Shown here piece after piece: positions 26,921 to 40,357 of a stretch of 64,000 nucleotides of DNA. The first letter of the stretch is position 1; the number at the start of each line of letters is the position of its first letter. The position numbers and the translations under genes were made by a program. This stretch comes from Octopus sinensis (taxonomy: Eukaryota), in NCBI RefSeq assembly GCF_006345805.1, contig NC_043002.1:103354001-103418000 (forward strand). The letters are read 5' to 3'. A model generated the notes under the pieces. The model ran no database searches. It saw nothing but the letters and a program-made list of their open reading frames with translations, and was not told the origin of the DNA.

Positions 26921-27690
26921 AGGGCGACGAGTTGGCAGAAACGTTAGCTCACCGGGCGAAATGCGTAGCCGTATTTCGTCTGCCGCTATGTTCTGAGCTG
27001 AGTTTAAAATCTGCCGAGGTCGACTTTGCCTTTCATCCTTCCGGGGTGGATGAAATAAGTACCAGTTACGCACTGGGGTCGATGTAATCGACTTAATCCG
27101 TTTGTCTGTCCTTGTTTGTCCTCTCTATGTGTAGCCCCTCGTGGGTAGTAAAGAAATAGGTATTTCGTTTGCCGCTACATTCTGAATTCAAATTCCGCCG
27201 AGGTCGAATTTGCCTTTCATCCATTCGGGGTCGATTAAATAAGTACCAGTTACGCACTGGGGTCGATGTAATCGACTTAATCCGTTTGTCTGTCCTTGTT
27301 TGTCCTCTCTATGTGTAGCCCCTCGTGGGTAGTAAAGAAATAGGTATTTCGTTTGCCGCTACGTTCTGAACTTAAATTCCGCCGAGGTCGACTTTGCCTT
27401 TCATCCATTCGGGGTCGATTAAATAAGTACCAGTTACGGACTGGAGTCGATATAATCGACTTAATCCGTTTGTCTGCCCTTGTTAGTCCTCTCTGTGTTT
27501 AGCCCCTTGTGACTAGTAAAGAAATAGGTATTTCGTTTGCTGTTACGTTCTGAGTTCAAATCGCGCCGAGGTTGACTTTGCATTTCATCGTTTCGCGGTC
27601 GATTAAACAAGTATCAGTTACGCATTGGACTCGATGTCCCTGGTTGACCTCTCCATGTCAAGCTCCCTGTGGACAATAAAGAAATAAATA
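26921..27690 (+). mobile_element. tandem SINE array: one full head plus three ~184-bp head-less repeats
   Basis: gtatttcg unit starts at 26971, 27160, 27344 and 27528. Only the first copy has the 5' ggcgacgagttggcagaaacgttagc head. Confidence 0.92.
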
Positions 27691-28405
27691 TATACAGAAT
27701 ACACCGTACAGAAAGTAAAACGCCAGGCGCACATAAAGCAAGTAGTTACGGTTTACTTGGCCAAGAAAGAAAAATATTTAAAAAATAGTGCTCTATATTT
27801 CGTCTTAACCGATTATGGAGACCATCCTTGAAAGCTTGATTTCTTGTAAAATATAATTAAATTGCAAACTTCATGAAACAATGCTCACTGCATTAAAAAA
27901 TATTCTTCAAACATCACACACACAGACAAGACGTTCATGAAACGAAGATAAGAATAATGTAAAATAAGCTTTCAGTTAGTCACATGCTGACGGCGAGAGA
28001 GACAGAGAGAGAGATAGAAAGAGAGAGAGGAACAGAAAAAGGGGAGAGAGCGAGAGTGAGAGCGAGAGTGAGAGCGAAGGCAACATCGTACAATGCAGTC
28101 CTTATCTCATTCTATATCGTTATCCCATTTACACATTCCTTCAACTTCAAGGGAGTCACTTTCTGACGTATTACCATGGATCTTTTGCAGTTCTGCCAGA
28201 ACCGATCAACAAATATCCATCAGAAGTAAGGACTCTTATTATTCTGTGGCTGTAATAAGAGTAATGAAAAGAAAGGATGTAGTATTGAGATTTAAGGAAA
28301 CGTTGCGTAATTGCAGTTAGTTGAATGCTTACCAGAACCTGGCATTTCGGCCCCGTTGTCTCTGACTTTATCCACGCAACATCCTGATTCTGATCTCTCT
28401 CTCTC

Positions 28406-28442
<37 letters not shown>

Positions 28443-31076
28443 CAAACAAACAAACAAATCTTCGTATTGACGTACAACATATGTAGCTACAGAAATTGAT
28501 CTCCTGCTCGTACAATTATTGTTGATGCTAAATGGTAACAAGCATCCGTAAGTTGGTAGTTGTGTCGGTTGCATTTGTTTCGGTGTCAGGAGACCATGGG
28601 GCAAAGTTTGGTGTGTAGTATTGTGTTTATGCCACCTTTGTTATTACATTGTTCTTGTTAACTGTGATCTTGTTGCTGTTTTGTCTCAAATAAATACCCA
28701 CCGACAGGTCCTCAATGGCTTTAGATAAACTGACAGACTATAGAGAGATATATCGATCGATCGATAGTTAGATAGAGACAGATAGAGAGAGATAGGTAGA
28801 TAGAAAGATAGATATATAGATAGACAAGCAAACAGACAGATAGATAATATGATTCAAGAAAGTATGCCAAATACACAATCAAATAATCACGGGGAGAATT
28901 TCCCTTGTTCTGTGAAATTGATTCTTTAGATTCACCCAGTCAGAGGATGTAGGGAAAGTTTGCCGTCCTTCTAAACATCGAGATTATGTGGAATTATAAA
29001 TCTACGTTAAAGAAACTTTCGCTAAACAGTCAATTTTCCTTTTTCAGATTTAGAAGATTTTTAGATTACACTTTAGTATTCCAAACAATATCAGTAGTAT
29101 CTTTATGTCATCAGGTATCTGTGCTAGAGATTTGAGACGGCCTTCCCTATAGATGTGCTGACAGAAATAATTTTATGGGCACGAATGCTTAACTTGTACT
29201 TATTTTGTTTATCACAAAGTAATGGAAAACTGGGTTAATCTTCATATGATTAAAATTCGGAACATAAATACCTGTAATTAAGTGCTTGAACGTGTGTTTT
29301 GCATTATCTACGGATTCTCCTAATTGAATACGCTCATAAATAAGTGTTATATTAACACGCAAGATAAAAAACTTAAAGTAACAACAAGAAATACTACATA
29401 TTATTCTAATATAATCTCGATAAACAAAACACGTAAAACACTCACAAAATTACAGAAATAAATATTTAATTAATGTAGGGTGCTTGAAATTCTTCAAACA
29501 GTCATCAATCTAATATCATTTACTTCAAACAAAATATTGAAAAAATGGTGAATGTCAGCAAAATAATTATGGGTCACATTCTCTAAATTAGATTAGCCTA
29601 TTATTTACTTAACAACTTGACCGAGAAATTAAAGTAAACTTTTTTGTGTATGTGTTGGAAAATGACCACTACAACACCAAACAACACCAATAATTACCAT
29701 AGAGTTCTTCGATTGAGTGACAACAGTATGTTTTCTTGGCAACATATCTGTAGCCATGCTTCACACATATTTGATTTCTACAAATGTCAACACACACTTA
29801 CTGACCTAATTACCTTACAATTAAGACATTTCTAGAGAGCACAGTATTCGAATATTTAAATACAGGAAAATTCACCGATTGATATTTTGTGTGAAAAGCA
29901 ATAGTTTATATATATATATATATTCTGATATACCTTACAGAAAGAAGCGAATGAAATCGATATCAATAAAGAAAGAAATGAATCGGATTCATTTTTAGTG
30001 CAGTGTACATTGATTTGTATCAACAGATGTAAAAACTATAAAATATAAACAGCTTTTAAATCCCTTTTCAGAAATATCTTTTCTTGATAGCTTTAGTTGT
30101 TTATTTTCTGGCATGAACTTGTGGCAGCTGAATGTATTTTCAACTTTTGTTAAATTCGTCACCTAGAGAAAAAAAAAACAAACATAGTCCATTATATGAA
30201 TAGGATTACGTCGTTAACGCATCAACTTCGTCTTATGTGTCTTAGCCGTAAAGAGTAATGCCATGGATTATCATACTATGCATTTAAAAGAACCTCATCT
30301 TTAGAGTGCACCATAACATTCGAAGCAAGAAATTATGCCGTTGCCATGAAATACTGTAGAAAATATAAACCAAAGAGAATGAATTACTCTAAAGCAAGAG
30401 TAAATTCACTTACTAGCTTGCTAATATACTGGAAGCAAATAAATATTTAAAGATATTTTCGGTTATTTAGTAAAACATAGATAAGCATTCTTGTACGATT
30501 ATTTATTAATACGCCTTCATTTTTGAGTCAATGGAAACGTTGATATAACTGCACTAAATGGTCCTTATTCACTATTGATATCACAAAAGCGATGGCCGTA
30601 TTCAGTGAAACTTTGATATTCTGAGGTCGTCGAACACGTTATATTTCAGCAAATTCGCAGACATAGTGACCACAGAATTTAGCTCTGGTTTTTCTGGACA
30701 TGCTTGTTGTTACTTGATCGTAAAGGGTGTCCTTCCGTTGCTTACTTCATACTACCAGATCTAGACACCTGTCTCCAGCCCCTCAATATATCTAACAGTA
30801 ATAATTCTAAAATCCTGTGCAAAAGATGTGAAGCCGCATAAAGACACACAATTCACCACTTATAAAACCATCACAGCAGCTGGAAAATGAGTGGCAAGCA
30901 ACCTTCTATTGACATCAAAAAAACTTGAACATAACGGTCATTTTTGCTCTTAAGCGAAGATCCAAAGCATGTCACGTTCATGAGGTCTTTAACTGCATGT
31001 TCATTAACTGCAGCATTAGAGCAGATTAGCTCTTATTTCTAGCAATAAAGGTGTTTCCTAACATCATAGTAACATT

Positions 31077-31124
<48 letters not shown>

Positions 31125-32167
31125 CGTGTGTGTATTTGTGTATGTATGTGTTTGTGTGTATGCGTGCTTAACTATGTATATACACTACGTACATACACAC
31201 GTATGTGTACGCGGGTCATATGCATACTTCTGTACGCACATACTCACACACGCGAACATACACAAATATTTGTATGCATGTAGTGTATATACATAGTCAT
31301 ATACGTGTGTGTGTGTGTGTGTGTGAAATGCCTTTATGGTTATGGCGTGGGAATATGGATGCGTTCACTTGATTTACAGTTCTCAAACTAAATGTTGCGT
31401 GTTTTAATAGATTAACACTGAAAGTTTCTTATTTACAACCGACGGTGTTTCTTGTTTACGGTCGTCAACTGGTAAACCGAGTTTCGTTTTCTTTTGGATA
31501 TCCAATCTCTGAATGTATTTTTCAAATATAAAATGAAAGTTTGAAGGAAACGCTTATCCTTATGTTACTCCGTTTAAAACTCCTTTTTGAACGACACACG
31601 AGAAAGCGGTTACTTCAAACTCACATTTTTCACTTTATTTCTGGTTCCCATGGTGATAATATAACAAAAGTAAGAAACTTCATATAATCTTCGTCATGAA
31701 ATTGCGCTGCATTTTCGAGGAAAATGGGGACAAGACACAAACATAGATTGTTTATAATATATCTGAAGCGCATATAATCATAGGGGAAATGAGGTAAAAC
31801 ATCACAAATAACCTCCAGATCAGAACATCAGCTGAAGATTTGAAAGATATATATATATATATATGTGAGAGAGATAGAGTGGGTGTGGGTTCATGCATGC
31901 GTGTGTATTCAACGGCGAAAGGTATATGGACTAACCTTCGTATATATATATAGAAAGACTCAAAGATAAAGTTGTAGCTTATCTTCCAATTCTTGGGAAG
32001 ATTACCAACACCTTGAAACTTACTCCCGTTAACGTTCGAGTAATTCTGGCATATTTTCTAATGCACACAACAGAAATTTCATTTCAACTATAATTATAAA
32101 TTTGGTGCAACTGCGGGGTATAACACTTAATACGCTTAATTTTCAATTTATTTGAATCAAATTATAT

Positions 32168-32224
<57 letters not shown>

Positions 32225-32337
32225 TTATAATATTATATTATTATAATTATTAGGGAATATTACTTCCAAGTACACAGGAAAAAGACATTCAAATTAGATG
32301 TACTAAAATGAACATCTCTCAATGTTTAATTCTTATA

Positions 32338-33485
32338 TATAAAAATAATTTTAGAGACAGAACCAGTTTCAACTCAATGAACACTGAAAGGTTTTATACC
32401 CACCACTCAATAAAATGTTAAAAATTAAATCTTCTAATAACTATATCTATTCTGAATCCTGTACTTTTCGTTTATAAGGACTACACGTGATTCATGGAAG
32501 CACGTCGGTATTGATTAAAAACGAGCTATCTAGTTTCAATACTTACTCGAGTCGACATACTCCCAGTCTTCAGGTCTGGATTCCTCAACATTTCCCCTAG
32601 CCCTATATCTTAAACACTTCCATGATACTCTATATCTTCAATATAATCTTACTTAACATGTGCTAAAGAATAGAAATACAGGCAATAAATTTAAAACATT
32701 ACTGAATATTAAAAATGTTAAGAGAAAAAGTTCAATAAAGAAAAGATAAAATTATAAATTTAAAGAATAAAAACTCAAGGAATAAACATTAAGGAAAAAA
32801 TCATTTAAGGAAAAAAGAACATTTTTTAAGAGACAAAAATACAAGTAAAATTTACGAATATATGTTCCGAATAACTAATAAACAAATGCAAATAAACAAA
32901 TACGAAATAAAAATGAAATAATAATGAAACAACAATGAAATAATAATGAAACAACAATGAAATAATAATGAAATAAAAATAGATACAAAAATAAAACGAA
33001 TGTTAACTTTTCTTTTCTTGGCGAAAATTAGACGAAGCTACATCTTGCAAATAAGGTAAAATCCGCGTTTCATAATACCTAAGTATAGTAGGTAATACAA
33101 ATAAGTGTCAGAAAGTTCTACTGGTGTATCTATTCCTTTATATACTACTGCCAGGGGAACCGGAAATGAATACATCATGGGAACAAGCCCTTTTATCGCT
33201 CTTTAATTTATTCAATCTATGTATTATTGGTAGAGATAGGGGTAGTGAAAAATGTTGAGGAATCCAAACCTGAAGATTGGAAGAATGTCGAACGGAGTAA
33301 GTATTGAATCTAGATACATCGTATCAAATCAATACCGACGTACTTTCATGAAACACGGTTAGTCTTATAAACGGTAAATACAGGATTGAGAATAGATATA
33401 GTTAGTATAAGATTTAATTTTTAACATTTTATGGAGTGGTGGGTATAAATCCTTTCAGTGTTGAGTTGAAGGTGATTCAGTCTCT

Positions 33486-33495
<10 letters not shown>
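32338..33495. repeat. inverted pair of ~270-bp related elements (32338-32610 and 33233-33495), Penelope-like
   Basis: The reverse complement of the left arm aligns with the right arm (gttgaggaatcca.acctgaaga...atcaataccgacgt...gtggtgggtataaa.cctttcagtgtt...gtctctaaaatta), roughly 80% identity by eye. Confidence 0.8.
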
Positions 33496-33560
<65 letters not shown>

Positions 33561-33588
33561 GTGTGTGTACCTATATATGTGTGTGTGT

Positions 33589-33970
33589 AGAGGCGCAATG
33601 GCCCAGTGGTTAGGGCAGCGGACTCGCGGTCGTAGGATCGCGGTTTCGATTCCCAGACCGGGCGTTGTGAATGTTTATTGAGCGAAAACACCTAAAGTTC
33701 CACGAGGCTCCGGCAGGGATGTTGGTGATCCCTGCTGTACTCTTTCACCACAACTTTCTCTCACTCTTACTTCCTGTTTCTTTTGTACCTGTATTTCAAA
33801 GGTCCGACCTTGTCACTCTCTGTGTCACGCTGAATATCCCCGAGAATTACGTTAAGGGTATACGTGTCTGTGGAGTGCTCAGCCACTTACACGTTAATTT
33901 CACGAGCAGGCTGTTCCGTTGATCGGATCAACCGGAACCCTCGTCGTCGTAACCGACGGAATGCTTCCAA
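33589..33970 (+). mobile_element. full-length second tRNA-derived SINE family (~380 bp)
   Basis: A-box-like tggcccagtgg, B-box-like ggtttcgattcc and a tRNA-like head, ending gtcgtcgtaaccgacgga. Inserted in (TG)n. Confidence 0.88.
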
Positions 33971-34769
33971 TGTGTGTGTGTGTATATACTTACATATGTG
34001 TGTTATTCTCATATACAGAGACGTGTGTATGCATATGATTGTGTACACACGCACAGACACACAAGTACACACATAGTCATACATATTTGTGCATTAAACT
34101 TTCTAAATTTCGTAAATTCGCATTGAAAATGAATGCCCATGCTCATCATTTCCAACAACGTATATTGTTCCTTTCAAGAGAATTACACTTTTTTCTTATC
34201 CGTAATTCACAGCACTGCGATATTTCAAGTGGTTTTTGCTTTTATAATTTGAAAATGGTTTTATTCACTTTAGCGCATGCGTGTTTGTTCATTCACTTGT
34301 GTTTTGTTATCGTGTTCATTATTTCTTGTTAAAAGCTTCCACATACGTTGGTGTCTTTCTTTTTTTTTTTACTTTCGTCATTGGTCGATTTTTAAAATTG
34401 TATTATTATTTCTCCTAATTACCAATGACAATTTGTATTACGCTAGTTTCCCTAGCTGCTGTCATGTCGTGTATTGGTACTTTTCATTATTTTTGCGAGT
34501 TCTCATTGGCACTGTTACATTCCGTATCTGTATCTGGTCTCAGTAATTGATATTAAGATTAGTATTTACAATGTACATGTTTTTTTATTGCTAAATTGTG
34601 CTATTATGTTGTAATCCGTTTATCGGTTTAAATATCCATATATTTCGCGTTTGTTGTTTTTCGACGTTGAATGCACATCCGATGCTACACAGGCAATTTG
34701 TGGAGGTATACAGGCAGTATTTCCTGTAACCGTTGTTATCTTTTTGCTGGTTATCAATGTGGACAGTTC

Positions 34770-35290
34770 CGATTTCTCATGTGGTCGGTTTCGATTATCC
34801 ATGTGGTCAGTTCCAATTAGCCATTTGGTCAGTTTCGATTAGCCATGTGGTCACTCCCTGATTAGCCATGTGGTCACTTCCTTAATAGCCATGGGGTCAC
34901 TCCCCGATTAGCCATGTGGTCAATTCCTGATTAAACATGTGGTCAATTCCTGATTAGTCATGTGGTCACTCACTGAATAACCGTGTGGTCACTTCCTGAT
35001 TAACCACGTGGTCACTTCCTGCTTACCCAAGGAGTCACTCCGTGATTACCCAAGGGGTCACTGATTACCCAAGAAGTCAGTTCCTCATTACCCAAGGGGT
35101 CATTTCCTGATTACCCAAAGAGTCACTTTCACTTTACCCATATGGTCACTTCCTGATTGACATTATGGTCACTTCATGATTACCCATGTGACCACATCCT
35201 GATTACCCATGTGATCACTTCCTGATTACCCACTTCCTAATAAACCATGTGGTCACTTCCTGATTAACCATGTGGTCCCTTCTGAATACC
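34770..35290. repeat. 23-bp minisatellite, consensus GATTAGCCATGTGGTCACTTCCT (~23 units)
   Basis: Units read directly, with block-wise variants (gattacccaaggggtca.. in the middle, gattacccatgtg.. at the right). Confidence 0.95.
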
Positions 35291-35639
35291 CACAACGAAT
35301 TTTCTGCGCTATTTCGTCTCTGGTCAGTTTCTTCCCTATCTTTACCACATATATTATTCGACTGTACATTTTATGTTCGGTTTCATTATTTTTTTAAGCT
35401 AGACTTTAAATAAATCTCTGTAACAACATTTTCTTCAATTGTCTCCACTTAAACATTTTGTTGCATTTATTTTCTCTCAAAGCCACAATATTTCTCATAA
35501 ATCAAGGAATTATTTCGAATAACTTCATTCATTTGTGTTCTCTAGAGCCAAAATGCTTGGCCACTCTAAGGTATTTTTCTGTTCGTTTCTTTCTCTTTTA
35601 TTATCCGCCTCTCCATGTATATGCATTCATACATACGCT

Positions 35640-35643
35640 CCCA

Positions 35644-35702
<59 letters not shown>

Positions 35703-36079
35703 TATATATATATATACACGCATATATGATTATAAATAAATATATATATATGTGTGTGTATGTAAGTGTGTGTGTATACATATATTAATTGCAGTAATAT
35801 GAATGGAGGCGAGTAGAATGTTAAACATAGCCGTTCTTCCCGCTTGTACGATGTGTAGATCGGCCTATGTGCGTATATTGAATTTAAACGGTGTTTTTTG
35901 TGTTAACTGGCAGTATAATTAGTAAACGAATGAAAGCTGTGAGTTATTCAAATTCATTTCAATACGTGGTCTAACTAATCTGTACGAATGTGTTTGAGTG
36001 AATGCATGTGTGCAGCTATACATACCCAAATATATGAGTGTATATATGTATGTATACATAGCTACACACACACAAATAT

Positions 36080-36128
<49 letters not shown>

Positions 36129-36152
36129 TATATATATACACACACACACACA

Positions 36153-36190
<38 letters not shown>

Positions 36191-36951
36191 TATATATATT
36201 CATACACATATATAGGACCTTAACATATTCCAGAGTGTATATGTTATAGCGGTATCTGATTCTCATTCTCTCGTAATCTCACTCCTTGTGTCATTATCGG
36301 ATTTTAACTATTTCTCCCTTCCATCAGCCTCCATCTTTGTATGACAGAATACCGCTCTCATTCTCTCCTCTTTCTTTCTCTCTCTATCTATAACTCACTC
36401 TTTGTTTATCAATCTTTCTCACTTCCTCTCTTTCAACCAATCTAGCTACTGTCACAATCTGAAGATATCGAACACGAATAGTTTCGGTGAGTGATCCAAT
36501 TTGTCGTAGCTTGTATTGAACAGTCAAGTGAGATCGATAACAAGAGATAAAACTTATACATATCACATGGGTATGTTCCAGATAGAGGTAAAATACATCA
36601 ATAGAATTTGGTGTAATTCGATTAAACTAGGAGCTGATAGAGTAATGCTATTAGCTTTGCTTACTGAAGGTAATTGACGGATAAATAAATTAACACCACA
36701 TTCTATTCTTTTCAGAAGAAACACTCTCTCTCCCTCTTGCTCTCTCCTCTCTCTCTCTCTCTCTCACTTTCTCTATCTTCAAATTCACACCGACATCAGT
36801 TGAAGAGGGACGCTATTTCATTGCAAAACACACACTTCAAGAAACGTGCATGCATTCATACAAATACGCATAATTACATATAAACATATATGCATACATA
36901 TACACATACATACATACAACGTAGAGGGACGGTCACTGGAATTCACAAATT

Positions 36952-36992
<41 letters not shown>

Positions 36993-37152
36993 CATACACA
37001 CCCACACATATATACATATATATATGCGTATCTATCCATACATACACATACATATAAACAGAAGTGTACAGACATATATATATATAGATGTTATATTTAT
37101 ATATATATATGTATATGTATATATATATAAATGTGTGTGTGTATATATATAT

Positions 37153-37184
<32 letters not shown>

Positions 37185-37544
37185 GTGTGTGTATATATAT
37201 ATATAGATACATATATATATATATATTATATATATATATATATATATCTATATATATATATATATATATGCATGTATGTATGTATATGCATATGTACATA
37301 CTCATAGACACACTCGTATGTATTTGTGTGTAAATTGTATGCATTTAGATGTGTATATTGGTTGTGTTGAACTTAATACAATTATGTTTTAAGCACTTCG
37401 TATACTAACACATGTATCTAATTGGTGATTACTATAATGCCATGCTCACTATTTTGCCTGTGAATCTGCTAAGAAATTTTAGCAGGAGCATTCGCGAGAC
37501 CATTTTTTGTTTTGTATTCCAATGTTAAACAAAGTGAAACGTAC

Positions 37545-37578
<34 letters not shown>

Positions 37579-37786
37579 ATGTATGCATATAAGCATTACA
37601 TATATGCACACACACATACACACACACACGCACACACACACATGCATACATATATATATATATACATGCATACAATTTACACACAAATACATACGAGTGT
37701 GTCTATGAGTATGTATATATACATATACATACATACATGCATATATATATATATACATATACCGACATATATATATATATACACTC

Positions 37787-37820
<34 letters not shown>

Positions 37821-37824
37821 ATAT

Positions 37825-37905
<81 letters not shown>

Positions 37906-37920
37906 GCCTCTATGCAAGCA
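35640..37920. repeat. series of (CA)n/(TA)n compound microsatellites with short unique spacers
   Basis: Directly visible; source of the many YI/TH ORFs. Confidence 0.85.
36446..36486 (+). other. candidate 41-nt internal exon (unassigned)
   Basis: A very long pyrimidine tract then ...accaatctag|CTACTG...TTTCG|gtgagt. One open frame (YCHNLKISNTNSF). Confidence 0.3.
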
Positions 37921-40069
37921 TAGATGTACGTGTATGAGTGTAAATAGGTGTGTATAAAGATCGTGCGCTGTGAGCGTGGGTGTATAGAGAGGAAGAGAAC
38001 GCGTGAAAGTGGTAGGGATAGAGAGTGCGAAACAGGTAGAGAGTCAATGATGTAAATTCAATGAACAAAAATAACGAACTGAAAAAAAAAAAACATAAAG
38101 GTTTTATCGACTTCTGTACAATTAAGGTTATTAACTGAAATTTAAAACAAAATTATTTGAACCCATTCAAATTCTAATCAATATTTTGTTTAACTTTCAT
38201 TAATTTATTTTGTATAAAATTTTACCGAATGCAAACCGACTGAAGAAAATGAATGAATAAGTAAACATATCTAATTGGCATTAGCTTTTAAAACAATGTT
38301 CACGACACACGCATACAGAAAACACATACTTACACACGGAGATTCTGTTGTATGCTGGCCCCTAGTTCCCAATTAACTTTTCACGAAGCAACCCCCCCTC
38401 CCACTGTTTAATTTCTCTCAGTCACACTTAGATTTTAATTAAGCTATAGATACTCTAATTGCTTTTTCAAGCTTGTTTCACTGAAACCTATATCTCTCTT
38501 CGTATCACGCTGCGCAATCTTAACCAAGCAGAAAAAACGCTTTAGATAATGTAGCCCCGCTTATTGCTAACAGAACCTAATGGCCACGGCTAGATTGTCT
38601 TTAATTATATCTGTTAACCAGAACACTAACTGAAGGTTAACCAGAACACTGACACAAAATACACACACACACGCACACACACACACATGCACAGGTATGT
38701 TCTTGAAATGCCTAATATTGTTTGTGTGCATGTAAAGGTTACCACGAAGTCAGATCGAAGGACTGCGTGGTAGAACAGCATCCATTTATTGTTGTTATAT
38801 ATAACGAGAGATAAGTACTGACAATTAATACATCAATTAGCAATATCTTAATAGGGATTGCAAATATACACCTAACGAATAAACCCCTTGACACATTCAA
38901 TTAAAATACGATTTCACACTATGAGATTGCACAGAATACGTTCGATGAAATTTCAACTTTACTTTTTCATTCGTTTGTTTTTTCCTACCTTCGATCAACC
39001 ACTTTTAAGACCAGGAGAGTTACCATTATTAACATCATCATCCGAGGAAGCAGTAGCGAGTGCGTTGACGGCATCAGTTGCCATAGCAGGAATGTCGACG
39101 AAAGCAGAAACAGTGGTAGTATTAAAGTACATTTTGGTTTGTGATGGTTTTGCTGGTGTTGATGGGAGTGTTAGTGGTCGGCGTGGTGACCTCTTTTGCT
39201 ATTTGTTTAATGGTATTGCTGTCACCGTCGTCGTTTCTCCTCTGATTTTCCATGCGAAATTTTCTTGTCTTCTACAAGAAGCTATATTCGAATGGAACTT
39301 GGTAAAAGTTATAATGAATGAGGAAAAACATAACCTCTCTAATCCTGCGAAATGTAAGCAAGATCCCACTACGTTGGAAAATACGACATGACCACGTTGA
39401 TTGCCGGCCTTTCTTTGATGAATGGAGGTGCAGAGATGACTATCAAGACGGAATCAACTAACATTCGGCTACGTGTGTCACGTAAAAGATCCTCATTTGA
39501 ACAGAACAAGCAATGTACAGACGAACGACTTTTAACAAAGCTGCGCGTTAAAATATATACAGCGAACGGTGTTTGTGTTTTGCGAAATTCGTTGATAGTT
39601 TAATAAGTAAAGTCTTGTATGTGTGGCCGTTAGTTTTAGATGGATAAAACTGATAAATTCACGGTACTGTCTTGCCGAAACGGAGAACATAGGCACAACA
39701 TGTCGTGACCTAATAACCAGAAGTACAATTCAACTCTTTAGAAATTGCTCCGCGAAGCAGATTCAAAACAGACTTAAACGAATTGAATTGCATTTAAATT
39801 AATTAATAGACATTTTCAAAAACTCCGCGTTTTCTCTTCATATACTCTTCATATACTGTTCAACAGCAACCATTACCACCACCACCACAACAGCAACAAT
39901 AACAGCCACTACAGCAACAACAACCACCATCACAGCAACAGCAACAACCCCCGTCCCCACCACGGCAACAAAAACAGCGGTGCTCAAGCATGGCCGCAGT
40001 CAAATGACTGAAACAAGTAACAGAGTAAAAGAGTATCACTGATGTAATCCCTCAACTAACCGTATCTGA

Positions 40070-40357
40070 CATAATTTTGGTGATACTGATATCCTAACAG
40101 GAATAAATAAGATCAAGCACAACTCGATATTAGGTCGCGATAAACTCCCGGTCACTCTCCTGAAGATGTGTCGACATCAAAAATGCACTCCCTCTATCTG
40201 AGCTCTGGAAGAATACACGTGAGGCAGGTTACATTCCTGATCATTTTCTTTTCCCAGTCTGTCGTTCCAGTCTTTAAAAAGGGAAACAAATCTCTTGCAG
40301 TGAACTACCATCCGATTTCATTCACTCGTCATTTAATTAAAGTATTTGAAAGGGTGT
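40070..40357 (+). mobile_element. degenerate CR1/L2-like RT N-terminal fragment
   Basis: DILTGINKIKHNSILGRDKLPVTLLK...QSVVPVFKKGNKSLAVNYHPISFTRHLIKVFERV matches the RT domain 0-2 motif (GPD..P..LLK...I.PIFKKG......NYRPISLTS...KVFER). Confidence 0.85.

Noticed and set aside
32540-32580. CTGAAGA...GAAAC in the inverted pair as a hammerhead
   Set aside because: Neither arm forms stem II or stem I consistently.
33591-33665. tRNA gene at the SINE head (also B-box words at ~50220 and ~63890)
   Set aside because: A and B boxes are present but there is no complete cloverleaf, and the sequence continues into a SINE body.
34770-35290. Minisatellite or the 184-bp and 352-bp arrays as CRISPR arrays
   Set aside because: Eukaryotic context, no unique spacers between repeats, and no cas genes.
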